Source: Marsupella aquatica (taxonomy: Eukaryota; Plantae; Marchantiophyta). Taken from it: a stretch of DNA of 64,000 nucleotides. Below, piece by piece: positions 13,880 to 27,101 of the stretch; the first letter of the stretch is position 1; every line of letters begins with the position of its first letter. The translations under genes and the position numbers were made by a program. Below the pieces are notes generated by a model. That model was given only the letters and a program-made list of their open reading frames with translations, had not been told where the DNA came from and searched no databases. The DNA is taken from NCBI GenBank assembly GCA_973895155.1, contig OZ316891.1, positions 20,286,169 through 20,350,168 on the forward strand. Direction: 5' to 3'.

Positions 13880-14640
13880 TCCCAATCCCGTCCCAACCCC
13901 GGGCCGACCCCGCCCCGACCCGGCCTTGACCCCGTCCAGTCCTGACCCAGTCCCGACTCCGCCCAACCCGGCCCCGACCCCAACCCCGACCTGAGCCGAC
14001 CCCGACTCCGAACCGGGGGACCGGCTTGCTGCTAAACCGGGGGAGCCCGGGGGAGTCCGGGACCGGGCTGGGAAGGGGCTCGGAAGAATTGGGGACCTGC
14101 TGGTGAATAAAGAGGAATAGCATAATTTGGCCTCGTTTGGAACCCAGGTTGGAACTTACGGGCAAGTTGCCGAGTTGCCGGGCACGTAAAGTTGTCATTT
14201 GCCGGATATTCCCAATTATTCCCGAGTCTCGCCTGGTCAGGGCCTGGGCCTATCCCTTCCCGAACCATTCCTGGACCCTGCCGCCCTAACCCTCCCCGCA
14301 CCCGGCCCTGCCCCGGCTATGGTGAAAGCCGGGCCGGGCCGGGGAAGGGGAAACCGGGAAGCGCGACCGGGGGATGGGGCCGGGAGCCGGGCCTGGGTGA
14401 GTACTTGGGGCGGGGTGACCGGGGACCGGGACCGGGGGGGTTTTGTCGGGAGGTCGGGTCAGGAGGTCGGGTCGGGAGGTCATGACCGGGCCGGGCCGGG
14501 TAGTTGACATCGGGTGGCCGGGAGGGTCTGGGTGACGGCTTGCCAGTTGACGGGCTCCAAAGGCTCCATTTGCCGGGCAAGTCGAATTTACGTTTTGACG
14601 AGCTCCAAGACTCCATTTGCTGGGCAAGTCGAATTTACGT
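13880..14640. mobile_element. GC-rich non-autonomous DNA-transposon-like remnant with oppositely oriented subterminal motif arrays
   Basis: cccgac/ccggcc arrays on the left and gtcggg/ggccgg arrays on the right. A ~29-bp direct repeat, ctccatttgc.gggcaagtcgaatttacgt, sits at ~14564 and 14611. No transposase is visible. Confidence 0.5.
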
Positions 14641-14643
14641 GTA

Positions 14644-14732
14644 GGGAGGGATTCAAAAGCGAGTTCTCACCCTTAAGCTGAAACCGGGGTGTTGAGGACT
14701 TGAGGGTGAGAACTCGCTTTTGAATCCCTCCC
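14644..14732. mobile_element. ~90-bp foldback/MITE-like element
   Basis: 34-bp arms gggagggattcaaaagcgagttctcacccttaag / cttgagggtgagaactcgcttttgaatccctccc, one mismatch, 21-nt spacer. Confidence 0.7.
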
Positions 14733-15609
14733 CCCGCCATAGTGTCACTCGGCGCACAGTCGGGAGAAGTACTGCTTCTGTGTGACTACTGTAGTCCTCG
14801 TGTAGTCGTATTGCCGGTGCCTTAGTGGATGGAGATTTCAAAAATTTCAGGTTGGAATCCCTTCGTCATTGTGCCATTGCATTTAAGCACATCATATCTT
14901 GCTTTGGACAACTTGATGGAATGGTAGGATGACCGCAGGGTGATACTGTGTGTTAGTGTTTGAGTTCACTTGAAACTGTTGCTGCGTTGAAAGGTTGCTG
15001 ATTCAAACCTTGCTGAGTGAAATTTGCTGAATCATGAGCAGGATGATGAACGAGGGTGATAATCGACTGTAGGACCCGCTGGAGGACTACTACTGGGCTG
15101 GACAGTGGCTGGCCGAGACAGAAAATGGCTCCAACAAGAGTGGCGCACTCGACTTCAGTACCGTGGCAATGCTGACGACCTGATTGGCGCGAACGGAGCT
15201 GAATGGAAGATTGCTTTTGGGACTGCTTTGCTTTTGGTGGTAGTTGCGATCGAGTGTGCCCGAGTGGGGAGGACGGGGCTGGAAGGTCGACAATGGAAGG
15301 GATTTACAATTCCGGGCAAGAGAGAGAGATTCGCAATTGTTCCAACAAAAGACGGATGCAGCACTGGTAGTCGCAGGCCTTCCAGGTCCAATTTAGCAGC
15401 AGAGGACGCAGCACTTGCAGTCGCAGGCCTTCCTGGTTCAATTTTTGGCAACAGAGGGCGCAGCATTTGCAATCGCAGTCCCAGGCCTTCTGCTTACGGT
15501 AAGTTAGCATTTTCCCTAACTAAAAGAACTTCATCAAAGAAGAATTGGCGCACGAATTTTCGGAATCCATTCAGCCATTTTGTATCTCGTCACAGGAAGC
15601 AAGCCCAGT

Positions 15610-16020
15610 CACGTCCCTCACCGACTAAAATTCAATAGCCCAGTTGAAGAGCTTTTTGTTGCCTTTCGGAAGTAGCCGCATTGATTGAGCAACCCTTTTT
15701 AACCGCGCATTGATCCCAAGGCTATCCAAGAACTTAGATTGCGTCACTGGCCCATATACTGATGCTCCACCTACATCCTTCACTACACTTTCGACTGCCG
15801 AGAAGGCCGCACAGGTACTAAGATCCGCTGAGCTGGGATCCTCCATCACATTGAGAAATTGGTTCACGACTGTTGTTCGAGAGTCGCACTGTGGTGCACT
15901 TTGAACTCACTTCATCGGTTGAAATTTCTATTTCTCTCTCCTCCACTGACTTGCTGAAAGAGGCATTTCGACCTCTTTGGCCGTATTAGTGTTTGCAATT
16001 GTCTGCCGCTGTACAGAATC
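15610..16020 (-). pseudogene. NDUFAF7: NDUFAF7/MidA arginine methyltransferase C-terminal pseudogene fragment
   Basis: FLNVMEDPSSADLS...VYGPVTQSKFLDSLGINAR matches the family pattern DPGSADLS...GPxTQxxFLxxLGI. It is followed by a frameshift and QLGY*ILVGEG, where the conserved GYWxLVGxG has W->stop. Confidence 0.75.
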
Positions 16021-17530
16021 ATGCAAAAGGTAGCAGAATGGAGTGGCTCTCCAGTCAGTAAAGAGTTTAAGACATATGGTCAAATATGGAGCTTTCTCAT
16101 TAAACCTGAAGTTACTCCACACTTATTATTGTAATGTTCCAACCCGGCATTTTCTTCTTGTGCAGGCTGTGATCTGGAGCTGGAGCTTTGGCTGAAGATT
16201 CACTTTCGAGGTCGGGGATATGGTGAGCTCTCCCTTCATTCTGACCATGAGAGACGCAGCACAATGATGTACCATATTGCCAAGTAGAATTCAAGTAGGT
16301 TTTGTGATTGTTGACTGTGGGTCCATTTTCTTAACACATATGTTGCTTTAGGTCTGGCCTTTCTTCTACTGGTGCACAGTTCTTTGTATTTTTCAATTCA
16401 GACAACAATTGTCTAGTGAATTCAGGACAGAAATGTCTCACATAGACTTTTTTTGCAATTAGTTTTGAATACCGTGGCTGCATATCGTGTATGTAAGATC
16501 AGTTCCGAAATTGCCTTCTATGCTATAGGTTTGTTTTCAAGTCGTGTATCTATTGTAAGTCGGAATCAACTGTAGCTTTGTTGGACTTCCACTACCTTTG
16601 CATCCCGTATTCGCAATTGGACGCTGGCAACGGAGTTCGACCGACAATCCGTTCAATACTCGGATCTGACCTAATATGTACATCCCGTGAAGCTAGAAGA
16701 GTATGTCATCTGTTACTATGTAATTCAGTCCATGACTTTGGCTGAAAACTATTATTGGCTTTATGAGGACATGATGAATTGTGATCTTTGGACGTGTTTG
16801 GCAGTCTAGGTTGGTGCATCGACCTCTTCTAATCTCAATAACTGGCCTAAACTCGGCATCCTTTCTGTAATCCAAAAATCTAAGCATTGCTGTCCTGAGC
16901 AGAGCGAGGGGGAGTTGTTGTTGAAGCTTTAGCTGTCCTGAGGAGAGTTGCTGAGCTCACTTGATCGTAGGTAAGCTGCCCTCAAACTCTGTAATGTGGA
17001 CGTGTACTGAAATACTCTTTAGCACAATTTGTCTGATTGTGCTTGACTGTTCCGAAAGGTCATTTTATATTCATTAAAGGTAACGAAAACGTAAAGTAGT
17101 CACCAGTAATGATATCTTCTGGAGATTCCTAGTATCCCTGTCCACACAATCCTAATACAATCCATGAGGCCGTCAATTGAATTGTTACCGTTAGTACACC
17201 TTATCAAAGAGTACCATCCTTGAGGCAGTCGACTAGGTCGTTACGGCCAGTCCATTTCCCAAAATCCATTCCATGTTACTCCTCCCAGCACGAACCATGT
17301 TTCGCACTATGATTCCAGCCAGTCCATTTTCTGAAATGAATCAGGACTTGAACAAGGTTCATTTTCGTGGATTTCGAGATCAGTTCATGTATTCTTTTTC
17401 TCGATCTCGCTTTCCGCACCCATCCCGTTGGTGTTTGCCATTTTCGTGAGTCAAGTGGCAAGTCATTTTCGTGCCTCTCTGGTTTAGGTGTGAGAGGGCA
17501 GAAATCGAGAGGAGAAGAGAGAAGGAGGAG

Positions 17531-20006
17531 ATGGAGGAGGAAGGTCGGGTGGAGAAGGAGATCAACAACGACGGAGAGAAGAGAGAGATTGGGAAGCTCG
17601 CGGTGTGGAGTGTCAGCTCTTTCAAGCCCGGCAATGGCGTCGACCTTCTCCGGGACAACAACATCGAAACTTACTGGCAGTCTCTCTCTCATTCTCTCTA
17701 TCTTATGGTTTGAACATTTCTCATGATCACAAATAAAAAAATGTAGGGAAAGAAGAATGGTCTAGTTCTCATCAGAAGTTAGAAACTCATCAGAAGTTAG
17801 AAAATGTGCTCTTGCACATTGTTTGGTAACGAGCATCAAAATGACAAAGAAAAAGATAATCATAGACAGATCATTGTGCCCCTCTCTTTGTGTTTTAGTC
17901 TCTCCTATCCTCGCTTGGAGTGACTCCTCTTATCTGGTCTGCTTCGTTTGCACTCTTGTCTTCTTCTTATTCTCTCCCTAGCTAATCCTGAATTTATTGG
18001 GACTTCATGGATTTCTTTATCAGTTCATATTTTCTTGATCTTACATTCTGCACTGTCTTGTTGCTGTTTGTAATTTTCGTAAGTCAGAAGGCAAGTCATG
18101 TTGATATCCCTTCGTGGTTTAGACTTAAAATGGTCTGTTTAAAAATTGACACTGAAATGCACGACTACATTTTTTCATGGCGCCACAATATGGTCAAACC
18201 CAACGGATGAATTGTAACGAATTCGGGAACTAAAGCTCAGTCGAGCCTTGCTCGCTGTCTGACTGACAGTCCATCAATCAGCCCTGAGCTTGTGGTGGTA
18301 ACCATTTGTCCTTCGGCTGCATCAGATCCGATGGAGCACAACCGCACTTGGTCAATATCCAGTTCCAAAAGAAGGTTCGGCTGCAGGTACACAATAGCAT
18401 GGCTTTGTCTTGAAAAGATTTACAAATTGCTCGCTCACCACCGACGAGACATGTAGAATTGTTAAATTACAGAGTACACAAAGAAATGGACAGGTGGAGG
18501 TTTAGGGTTTAAATGCAGAATGACACGCATGCTGAGCAGGTTAAAAAATATCAACTCTTGTATGCAAATTTGGCGGATGGTTTGAGGTTTGTGACTCACG
18601 AAAGTTTCGCGATGCTCCTACGTGCAGCAATTAGCCCTGTACGTGGATTTCACACTGGACGAGAGCTACACGCCAAACAAAATCTCTGTTCGTGCGGGAA
18701 ATTCATTCCATGACCTGAGGGTAACTCACTTGGACTTTGAGCAACGTTTGCAATTTTACTGGCAATTGAAGGTCCACAGTTGTCTCGTCTGGTCTTCAAC
18801 CGCTCTATTCCTAGTGAAAATTTAGACTCCTTTCTCAATTTTCTGCTCTCACTCAGCAAGCTGTCCGAGATTAAAGGGCAACACTGGATATATCTCTTAG
18901 CCAGCGTTATGTTTGCTCTTAGTTTTGGGCAGGGGCATTGATAACTCCCTACTCCTAACCTTGCCAGAAATTAATCTGACATTGCAAGTGTGGAACATGT
19001 AGGAAATCAAGGTGGTAGAACTAGCGGAGCCCATCGGTTGGGTTTACATATCTTTATGTCCAAGCGACTCAAAGTAAGTCAATTCGTTCCATAATTAAAC
19101 ATGCCAGCCACTCCTCAGGTAGAGAGAATTCTTGGAAAAGGAGAAGAACACTTTAAAAATGATGACGTCCCCTGGAATCAAATGAGGAGCCAGGATGTCC
19201 GATATGTTCTGAGCAATTTGGCCCGTGGATTCTATGCAGGGAGTTCCTGCGTGCTTTCCTGCTACAAATAGCTGTACTATCTAACCATCAAAATGGAAGA
19301 GACACCCACATACGGCAAATTACAATTTTCGGGCCTCGTCAGTGAGTACCAGAAATCTCATTGAAAGCTGGAAGTTGAACTCGGATGCTTTCTGTGGAAA
19401 AGCTTGAGGAAACGAATCAAACGCTGTGGCATACATATTACGATCCTGTTTGAATCTCTTCTCACAAGGAATGGTGATTGATTTTGTCACTTTCAGAACA
19501 TGAATTGGGTTGTCTGCACATTAGATGTTTACTGGAGATTAGGCGTCGCTTGTGTTATCCGTGGTTAGTCTGCTGTATTTTTTAACTTGTTGACTGATTA
19601 GGGAATGTTGACACTGGGAGGTCTTTCTACATTGTTGATCCAAGATTGAGTCCCTTTGCACGATGACTGCACTCATCCGTCTTTTGAAATTTGAATTTGT
19701 AGCACTGACCCGCTGTTCGTAGTTTGGTTTGTTTGGATTTGTGTCCTTGAAATTCTCTCCGAAGTGTTCTGTTGAGGGGCCTTCAGCACACCTCATTGGT
19801 TCCCCCTGCAATCTTCTGTATACAAATGAATTTTATATTTGCAAGGAGTTACACAATGGTTCTATCTAAAAATTGTGTTCTGGATCTCCGATAGCCAATA
19901 TTTGGCAGCTGACTCTTGCTGTGTGCATGGACCCAGGAACACCGTGATCGGCCACCCGTTCCAATTTACAACAGTTGAATTCAGTTCACGTTCTACAGTA
20001 AGATAA
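17531..20006 (+). CDS. APC10: Anaphase-promoting complex subunit 10 (DOC domain), 6 exons
   Basis: Exons 17531-17679, 18326-18386, 18628-18720, 19003-19073, 19240-19341 and 19937-20006 encode [43 protein letters not shown] and [13 protein letters not shown]. Confidence 0.95.
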
Positions 20007-20761
20007 CCCGAAAGCTGGAGGATAGACCCTTTAGCCCGCTAGAAATCTCGAGCACGAAACAAGAGGTCTTGTTACCTGCAACGAGTGAGTCAGTTAAAGG
20101 ATTTTACAGTGTTAAAACTAAAATTTTGCGCAGTCCTCACCACTTAAAGCAATTATCCTGCTTAATCGAGGCTTCATATTCGATCAATGGTACAGTACCA
20201 TCTACAGATGTCAATAGCTTAAATGTCTTTGCTGCTCTGGCTTTGTGACAAGCAAAATGGTGGTCCCATTCCAAAGAGACTATAAATTTCATGCGTTCTA
20301 TTGGTTGGACTCTTGGATGAAGTCGACATGAAATGTTTCGAGGTAGCTGAACTTATGGATCGTATCAGTTATGCAATGAACATTGGATCTATCGACTTCT
20401 ACAGGACTAGCTCTTTCTAGTCCACGAAGGGAGAATTGTGCAGTCTTTTTTGGTTTGTGTTGTCGTTGTTGTTTCCCAGATTTTGCCAATCCTCTGCCCT
20501 GTTACCTGTTACCATCAATTTTTCCCCTCTGAGCTGATGTTAAGCCACTTGCCAAATTGGAATATTGGATTTTCAGTGCTTCTGTCTACTAAAGAGAGTA
20601 AAGCGTCGACAATTTCCTATGAGTTTGCCATTATTTATTATATAGACAATGTCAGTCGAGGCACTCCAGCAAAAAACATTGACCAAGTGATTAAAGTATC
20701 TGGGTTTGATATTGACCAAATGATTAAAGTATAGTAAACCCTCATATATCAAACCCTCATC

Positions 20762-21022
20762 TGGACCACCATGTTTGTTTTATGAAACCCCCATATATGA
20801 CCCACATTTCCAGAAATTTGAGTTTAATTGCAATAACTTGATGCTCATAAAATTCAATTTCTTTTGGTTGTGAGGATGGTTGTGCTAGAGGACTAGGTAC
20901 TAGGATAGTGAATTTTTGCCCATTTTTATTGAATTATTCATCTTTGAATGCCAAGGGATAAATTCTCATGAATAGCCAAAATGTGGTCCACAGGACCATT
21001 GTGTCCAACATGGAGGTCCATC
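20762..21022. mobile_element. MITE-like element, copy 1
   Basis: Ends tggaccaccatgtt / aacatggaggtcca form an inverted pair; the interior resembles 26203-26622. Confidence 0.6.
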
Positions 21023-22473
21023 TGGATTTCACTTTTACATTCATAGCTTTTTAAACAGGAAATTTTAATTTCAATTATTATATGATTATGTTATTGTGAA
21101 ATTTAAAAAAACCTAAATTTTTCAAATAATTAGAAAATTGTGAGTTGAAAGGGGTACATGATTGGTGAGTGAAACAAGAAGTTAGAAGTCAACTTTGTTT
21201 CATCACTAACTTGTACTTCTATAGTATGAAATTTGGAGGTATATGCTTGATGGAAAGCATAATGTTTTTACTTGATAGGGCACTTTGTTCCCTATAACTA
21301 GTTTTTGTTATGGACCCCACTAGAGGTCCCTTCCAAAATTCCTGGCACCACATTGTGCCACATCAACAACAACCGCAATAAACAAGACTCATCAATTTTG
21401 TGAGTCAAATTTATAGTTTTCATTCGTGTTTGTGTCAATTTGAGTGTAAATTTTGGGACACCATGCTGTAAAAAGAAAGTTAAAAATTAGAAATGTAAAT
21501 AGCAAGACGGTTAAAAGTGTTACTATGTAACCGTTTTAGTTACATTTCCAATTTTAAAACTTAAATTCAAAGATTTATTAAAAAAAAATTCATATAATAA
21601 ATAATGACTAATAATTAACTTGATAATTTCCTTGTCAAAGGGTAATTGGCACCTGGAGTAAGTTTTCCGACCCTTTGCAATTAAGGTAAACTGCTAGCCA
21701 TGGTCCGAACTTGAACACTCAACAAACTGAAACAAGACATTCATCTAATTGCAAATGTCACAAATTGAATTTTGATTCTCGTAGCTTGAGAATTTGGTAG
21801 CATGTACCGAAAAGGCCTGATTTTGAAAACTGTTTGTGATAACTAGGCTATCAATTAGTCAAGGGGTCCACGAACTAATTTGATACTATAAACAACAACC
21901 GTGGAGTCCTCACTTCTTTTTTTCAACCCATCACATGCAAAAATATGTGTATGGTTTTTTTGTTATGTTTTGTAAGAGACTTTAAAATTTTGAGGAAGAG
22001 CATTAGAGATCTTTAAGTCCAATTTTGAGAATTATGATAATCATAGTTTTTTTAAACCAAATATGAGAATAATTCAAGAATATTCCAAAAAGTTAGGGAC
22101 AACTTAAAAGTCTCTTAAATTTATTTATGTTTTATGGTGTTTATTCTTCCAAAACTTTGCACGTGATATGGAACCCCCTTTGAGTGAGGCCCTAAGACAA
22201 CAACAGTTACTATGAAGTTTATGGCCCAACCTTGGACGATTGAACGACATGGTCCAGCAATTTCCATGAAATAGTGACCGCCGCTGCTCGAACTGCAATA
22301 ACTTAAGTGATACAATATGGTAATGTCTTCCAATTTGAATTTTTACCACAATACAGTTTTTATTAGGTTCACTTTCATGCAAGCTTTTACATGGGGTTTT
22401 CACAATGTTTTTGACATTGTTTATGTTTGACTATCACTGCATGCGTATCAGACGGGAGGAGGAGATTGCGCAA

Positions 22474-22600
22474 GCAATTGCAAAGGGTAGAAGGTTTGGG
22501 ATTTACCACACTTGGGAGGAGGAGAGGCTCAGGTGACTGGTCTTATTGGAGCAAATCATAAGTCCTTTAAGTCAATCTGTGAGGCTGAGATAAAGTTACA
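22474..22600 (+). pseudogene. Degenerate RNase H1 N-terminal (Caulimovirus viroplasmin-like) domain fragment
   Basis: Translates as AIAKGRRFGIYHTWEE/(frameshift)AQVTGLIGANHKSFKSICEAE, fitting the pattern YAVxxGRxxGIYxTWxEC.xQVxGxxGAxxKxF. Confidence 0.6.
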
Positions 22601-25081
22601 ATGTCAGTTCAATGCATTGGGGCACAGTGGAGGGCTCCCAACAGTGTCAAGCATACGGTGAACGTTGAATTGGTTGGTTTCGACAAGTCTGGCCATCAAG
22701 TATTCAAAATGCAACTGCTGTGAAATTTTCTGCAGCAATGAACACTTGACATGGGTGATGATGGGTACAAGTTAGGATTTGCATCATTGCCACTTGTTAC
22801 AGACTAGGCTAGGAGGAGGCTAGCAGAAGGAGAAACTATAGTTTTGCAAATTTTAAGGTCTGTAATGTTGTTGTACTCCATAGATTTTGAACTCATGAAT
22901 TTCAGAAATTCAGAATTTGCAAGCGCCATGTCTATGGAGGTCTGTCTATATGTAATGTGTATTCAGGAGTTTTACTTTGGCAAATCCCTGCATGCAAGGA
23001 GTTGTATTCCATTTTTGTTTGCTAGTCATGAGTAAATTGTATTCCATTTCAATTGCCAGGGGTCTGCCATGGTTTAGCAACAAATTGTGCTAAGGTCTAC
23101 TGTGGGACCTTTGGCATGCTGCAACGGGGTTTGCTACTGCACAGCCGCCTCCAACCATCCAAGTATAGAACAAAAGACATTAACCATATTGTCATCATTT
23201 AAGTTATTGCAGTTTGGCGGCGGCTGCTGCTACTATTCCGGGAAAATCTTGAACCGTATCGTTTGACTGTCCTGTTCATGTTGTCTTCCACTAGCCAAAC
23301 TTGAATTGCGTAAGGATGAAGAAATGTAAATCAACTACTTTCAATATGCCCGTGCTCCACATTTTCAGTGTTGTCAAGAAGCTAAGGTGAATTAAGGTGT
23401 ATTGGGGACATGGTCTCAACCATCAGAGCCCCCACATTAAGGACTAACTATGGACTTTGCCTGGGGTGCAAGGTTGTATGAGGTGCCTTTTGTGGTGGAC
23501 TACACAGTTTGGCTTCACACAAGAACAGGTTGTATGGCTCATTAGGAGGGGTCCTAGTTGGTAAGAAATTTTTTGTAGGGTCCCATTAGGTAAAAGGTTT
23601 ATGCCAAGGGTCACTTAGTATGATATGTACTATTCTGGGTACAAACAAATAAACTCTACATTACCAATGCATGAAGTAAGTACAATTAGGTACTATGTTG
23701 TTTAGGCGCATTTAGATCTTTGTATGAAAACTATTGAGCATTGATTGTACCATGCATTAAATTAACGCCAAATTAATTCTCCCCCATTTTTTTTTGGGGG
23801 GGGGGGGCTTGTAAACTGCTCGTCCAGTCCTCAATGCTGCTGCCGGCTCCAGCCCCATTGACTTTGTGCCACTGAATTTGAGTTTATGTTTTGGCATCCT
23901 TGACTTTTTGTCTACTGTGAAGTGTCAATGGAAGTTTGAAATTCAAACAGTTTCCCTTGCAAAGTGAGAAACGCGCCATGCACCGTGCCATTAGGATACA
24001 CACAAATTCATATGTGGGGCACTTATGCAGGGGACTTAATTTGTAACAAAATTAATTAAAGTGAGCTACCTGGTTTGCAACAAGAGTTTAGTGGGGACCA
24101 TCAGATACTCTGTTTTTTGAAAAGGGTCCAGCGAGCATATACCTCCCAAAATTTGACTTCAACTTCTCATGATAAAATTCAAATCTGAATTGTGAACTTT
24201 TTGAAACTGCTATATGGTGAATTTTATTCACCTTTCAGATTTTGTCTTATTCAGATAAAATTCAATTGAAACTGCTATATGGTGAATCCACCTTCCAGAT
24301 TTTGTCTTATTCAGAGTTTTGGTGTCATATATTTGTATTTCAATGTGTCTTATGAAGGGGCAGCCTGTGTATCATATACATTTTTAATTATTTTATGGAC
24401 CCCATTAATTTTTAGTATTGTAAAGTATTTTGAACATATTTTGGCAGCCCCTTTATAAATTTTAATGTTTATAATTTATTAGAGATGAAATAAACGACTC
24501 CACCATTGGAACATTCTCATGAATGAGAGAAATGATTCTAATTGTGTCTTAAGTTCTCTTCATGTCTTTCTTTTCTAAGTTTATAATTTTTATTGAAATG
24601 AATGTCATTCATGAGGACATTGAATTAAGTGCACACATAGTACCATCCTTGATTATACTTTTCATTGCTCACTGTGCACCAATCCTTCTAGTTATGTTTT
24701 CATATTTTATTTATCACTACAAGACAAAAACTCAAGCATGTTCCAAGATGAACATGCTATATTCAAATCTAAATTTGTGAAGAAGTACAACAAGGGCAGC
24801 CCACGGAAGGGTGCCCTAAAACGAGTAAATGTTGATAATCATTACAACAAGAAGTTGAGAGTATGATGGGTTGATTAGTTAATAAGAGCCCAATGAAATG
24901 AGTGGGAGACTCATGCGCATGCTTGGCACGGATAGTATGGACATGATTATTAATTTTCTCTTGAGATAGCATCAAGTTCGTTGTGTTCGAGAGAAGGGAA
25001 CAATGCCCTCAAATATTGATCATCACAACAACTGCAAAAGTGATGATGACTAATTCGTTTAAAAGTCTAAAGGAGTGAGTT

Positions 25082-25312
25082 GGTATGACGCAGTTAAGGC
25101 AGGTCTAGGTGTCCCCACCATATATGACACAATCAAGCCAGGTCTGAGTGTCCCCACATAGCACACAAACAAGCAGATCTAAGTGTCCCCACCATATATA
25201 TGACACAATTAAGCGCTTTAATTAAGCCAAGTTTAATTGTCCCCACCATATCATTTCCTAAGTGAGTCCGTATGACACAATTAAGCCGCGTCTAAAGTGT
25301 CCCCACCTTATG
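25082..25312. repeat. ~40-bp degenerate tandem repeat (5-6 units)
   Basis: Recurring tgtccccac(c)atatatgacacaat.aagc. Confidence 0.75.
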
Positions 25313-26026
25313 TACAATAGCTAGACTATAAACTTGCCGCCATGCTTTTTTGATAATATCCTAGCCTAGCTATCGTTATTTGAGATAGTCTTTTAGCATG
25401 AGACCTGTTCTTCCCATTCTGATGATGACTGGGATCCAAGGGGATTGTCATAACTCCCTCTAGAGAATGGGCTTTCACCACCTAAAAGGACAAGTACTCA
25501 CTACAATTTAATCGAGTTGCAATTAATTGGTGAGAATGAAAATTAAAAATATGTCTATTGGTGTTCCGAAAGTACCTTTTCGAGACATTTAAAACACCAC
25601 AAAAGTGGCTTCTGGGTAATCGTATTCAAAACTAATAACAATCTGTGATTTAAACAAAACAAGTGGGTTAATCATGATATGAAATGACATAAAACACAAT
25701 ATATTGTCACATTCGGTGAATGTGCAAATGACTACGACGCCCCCCAAAAAATTGTGACAAGTATGATTGACAGAAACCAATTCTTTTTCTCAGCTAAGCG
25801 TGGGTACTATATAATTATATCAGTGCAAAACAACAAGAAGAGCCTTATCAAGTGACAGGATCCCAGAGGCAAGAAACCCAATAGTAGGAGGAACAACGGG
25901 AAAATCCAAAGTCAAAGAGCTGAAAAACCCAAAAGCCCCAAATGCCAAAAAACAAAAACCTTACTGAGCAACAATGTGAAACACCTCGTAGAAGTGTGCA
26001 GTAAAATGCAAAGGAGAGTCACCGAG

Positions 26027-26865
26027 AGTGATTTGACTAAAAACCCTAAAACTATTACCAACTGAAGTAAAGATAGAACAGCTGACACCTGTTTCTAGGA
26101 GACTCCTGTTTCTAAGAGAAATAGGTACTCATTTGTACTCCCGTAGCTGCTCCATGTTTATGTACATGCAGCAAATGTCCTTGCAGCAAAAATATGCTCC
26201 AATGGACCACAAAATTGGTCTTTTGAAACCCTGATGGACCACATTCCCAAACTTTGAGTTAATTATAATAATTTGATATGCATAAATTCAAATTTTTTTA
26301 TTGTTGAGTATGTTCTAGGGTAGTAAAGCTACACTGCCATCAAAGTGACAGTGAAAATTTGGCCATTTGGGTTGATTCAAATTATTCATCATGGAATGCA
26401 GAGAGGTAAATTCTTAAACTTAACACAGTTTCATTGTGTTAATATAAAATATTAGGGTTAATTTGTGTTTTTGATGTCTCCTACTTCTCTAGTTGCCTCG
26501 CCGGTGAAAAACAAACAAACAAAATTTTAAGATCCATAATCATCAAGTTGTAAGCCTGAAACTCCCATGGACCACCAAAATGTGGTCCACGGGAGCATTG
26601 TGTAAAACATGGTGGTCCATCCAGACTTCAATTTAGTCGTTCCAGGCATTGCCAATTGTTTTTCATTTCCTTGGTCTAGGGGAATTAGTTCCGCCCTCAT
26701 AGAGTTGTGGGGTAAAATGCATAGGAGAGATCCACTCTAAGTGATTTGACTAAAACTCCTAAAACCAATTACCAGCCCAACCAAAGATAGAACAGCTGAC
26801 ACCTGTTTCTATGAGAAATCGGTACTGATTTTGTACTACCGTAGCTGCTCCTTCTTTTATGTACA
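26027..26865. repeat. ~135-bp diverged direct repeats (~26027-26165, ~26740-26865) flanking MITE copy 2
   Basis: Shared agtgatttgactaaaa...aaagatagaacagctgacacctgtttcta...ggtact...ccgtagctgctcc. Confidence 0.75.
26203..26622. mobile_element. MITE-like element, copy 2
   Basis: Shares aatgtggtccac.gga.cattgtgt..aacatgg.ggtccatc and the left-hand block with 20762-21022. Confidence 0.55.
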
Positions 26866-27101
26866 CACCCTAAATCTCGTTGCAGAATTGCTCTAAAATT
26901 GTTTTTCATTTAATCGGTCTAAGGAATGAGTCTCCCACCATTCTCCACTACTGTACTCCTTAATAACCGTATCAGGAATTGATGAACTTATTAGCAGAAG
27001 AAACGTACCAAGGACTTGCTAAGGCAGTGATGCCTTCATTATTGGAGGGCGAGGATCCTGGAACACTGGGGCAAATCAATTGGATCATTCTTTAGTAGTA
27101 G

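Noticed and set aside
13478-14627. Several Gly/Pro/Arg-rich ORFs
   Set aside because: Artefacts of low-complexity GC-rich repeats.
15184-15243. LHC-like motif ELNGRL
   Set aside because: Wrong spacing and flanked by stop codons; probably chance.
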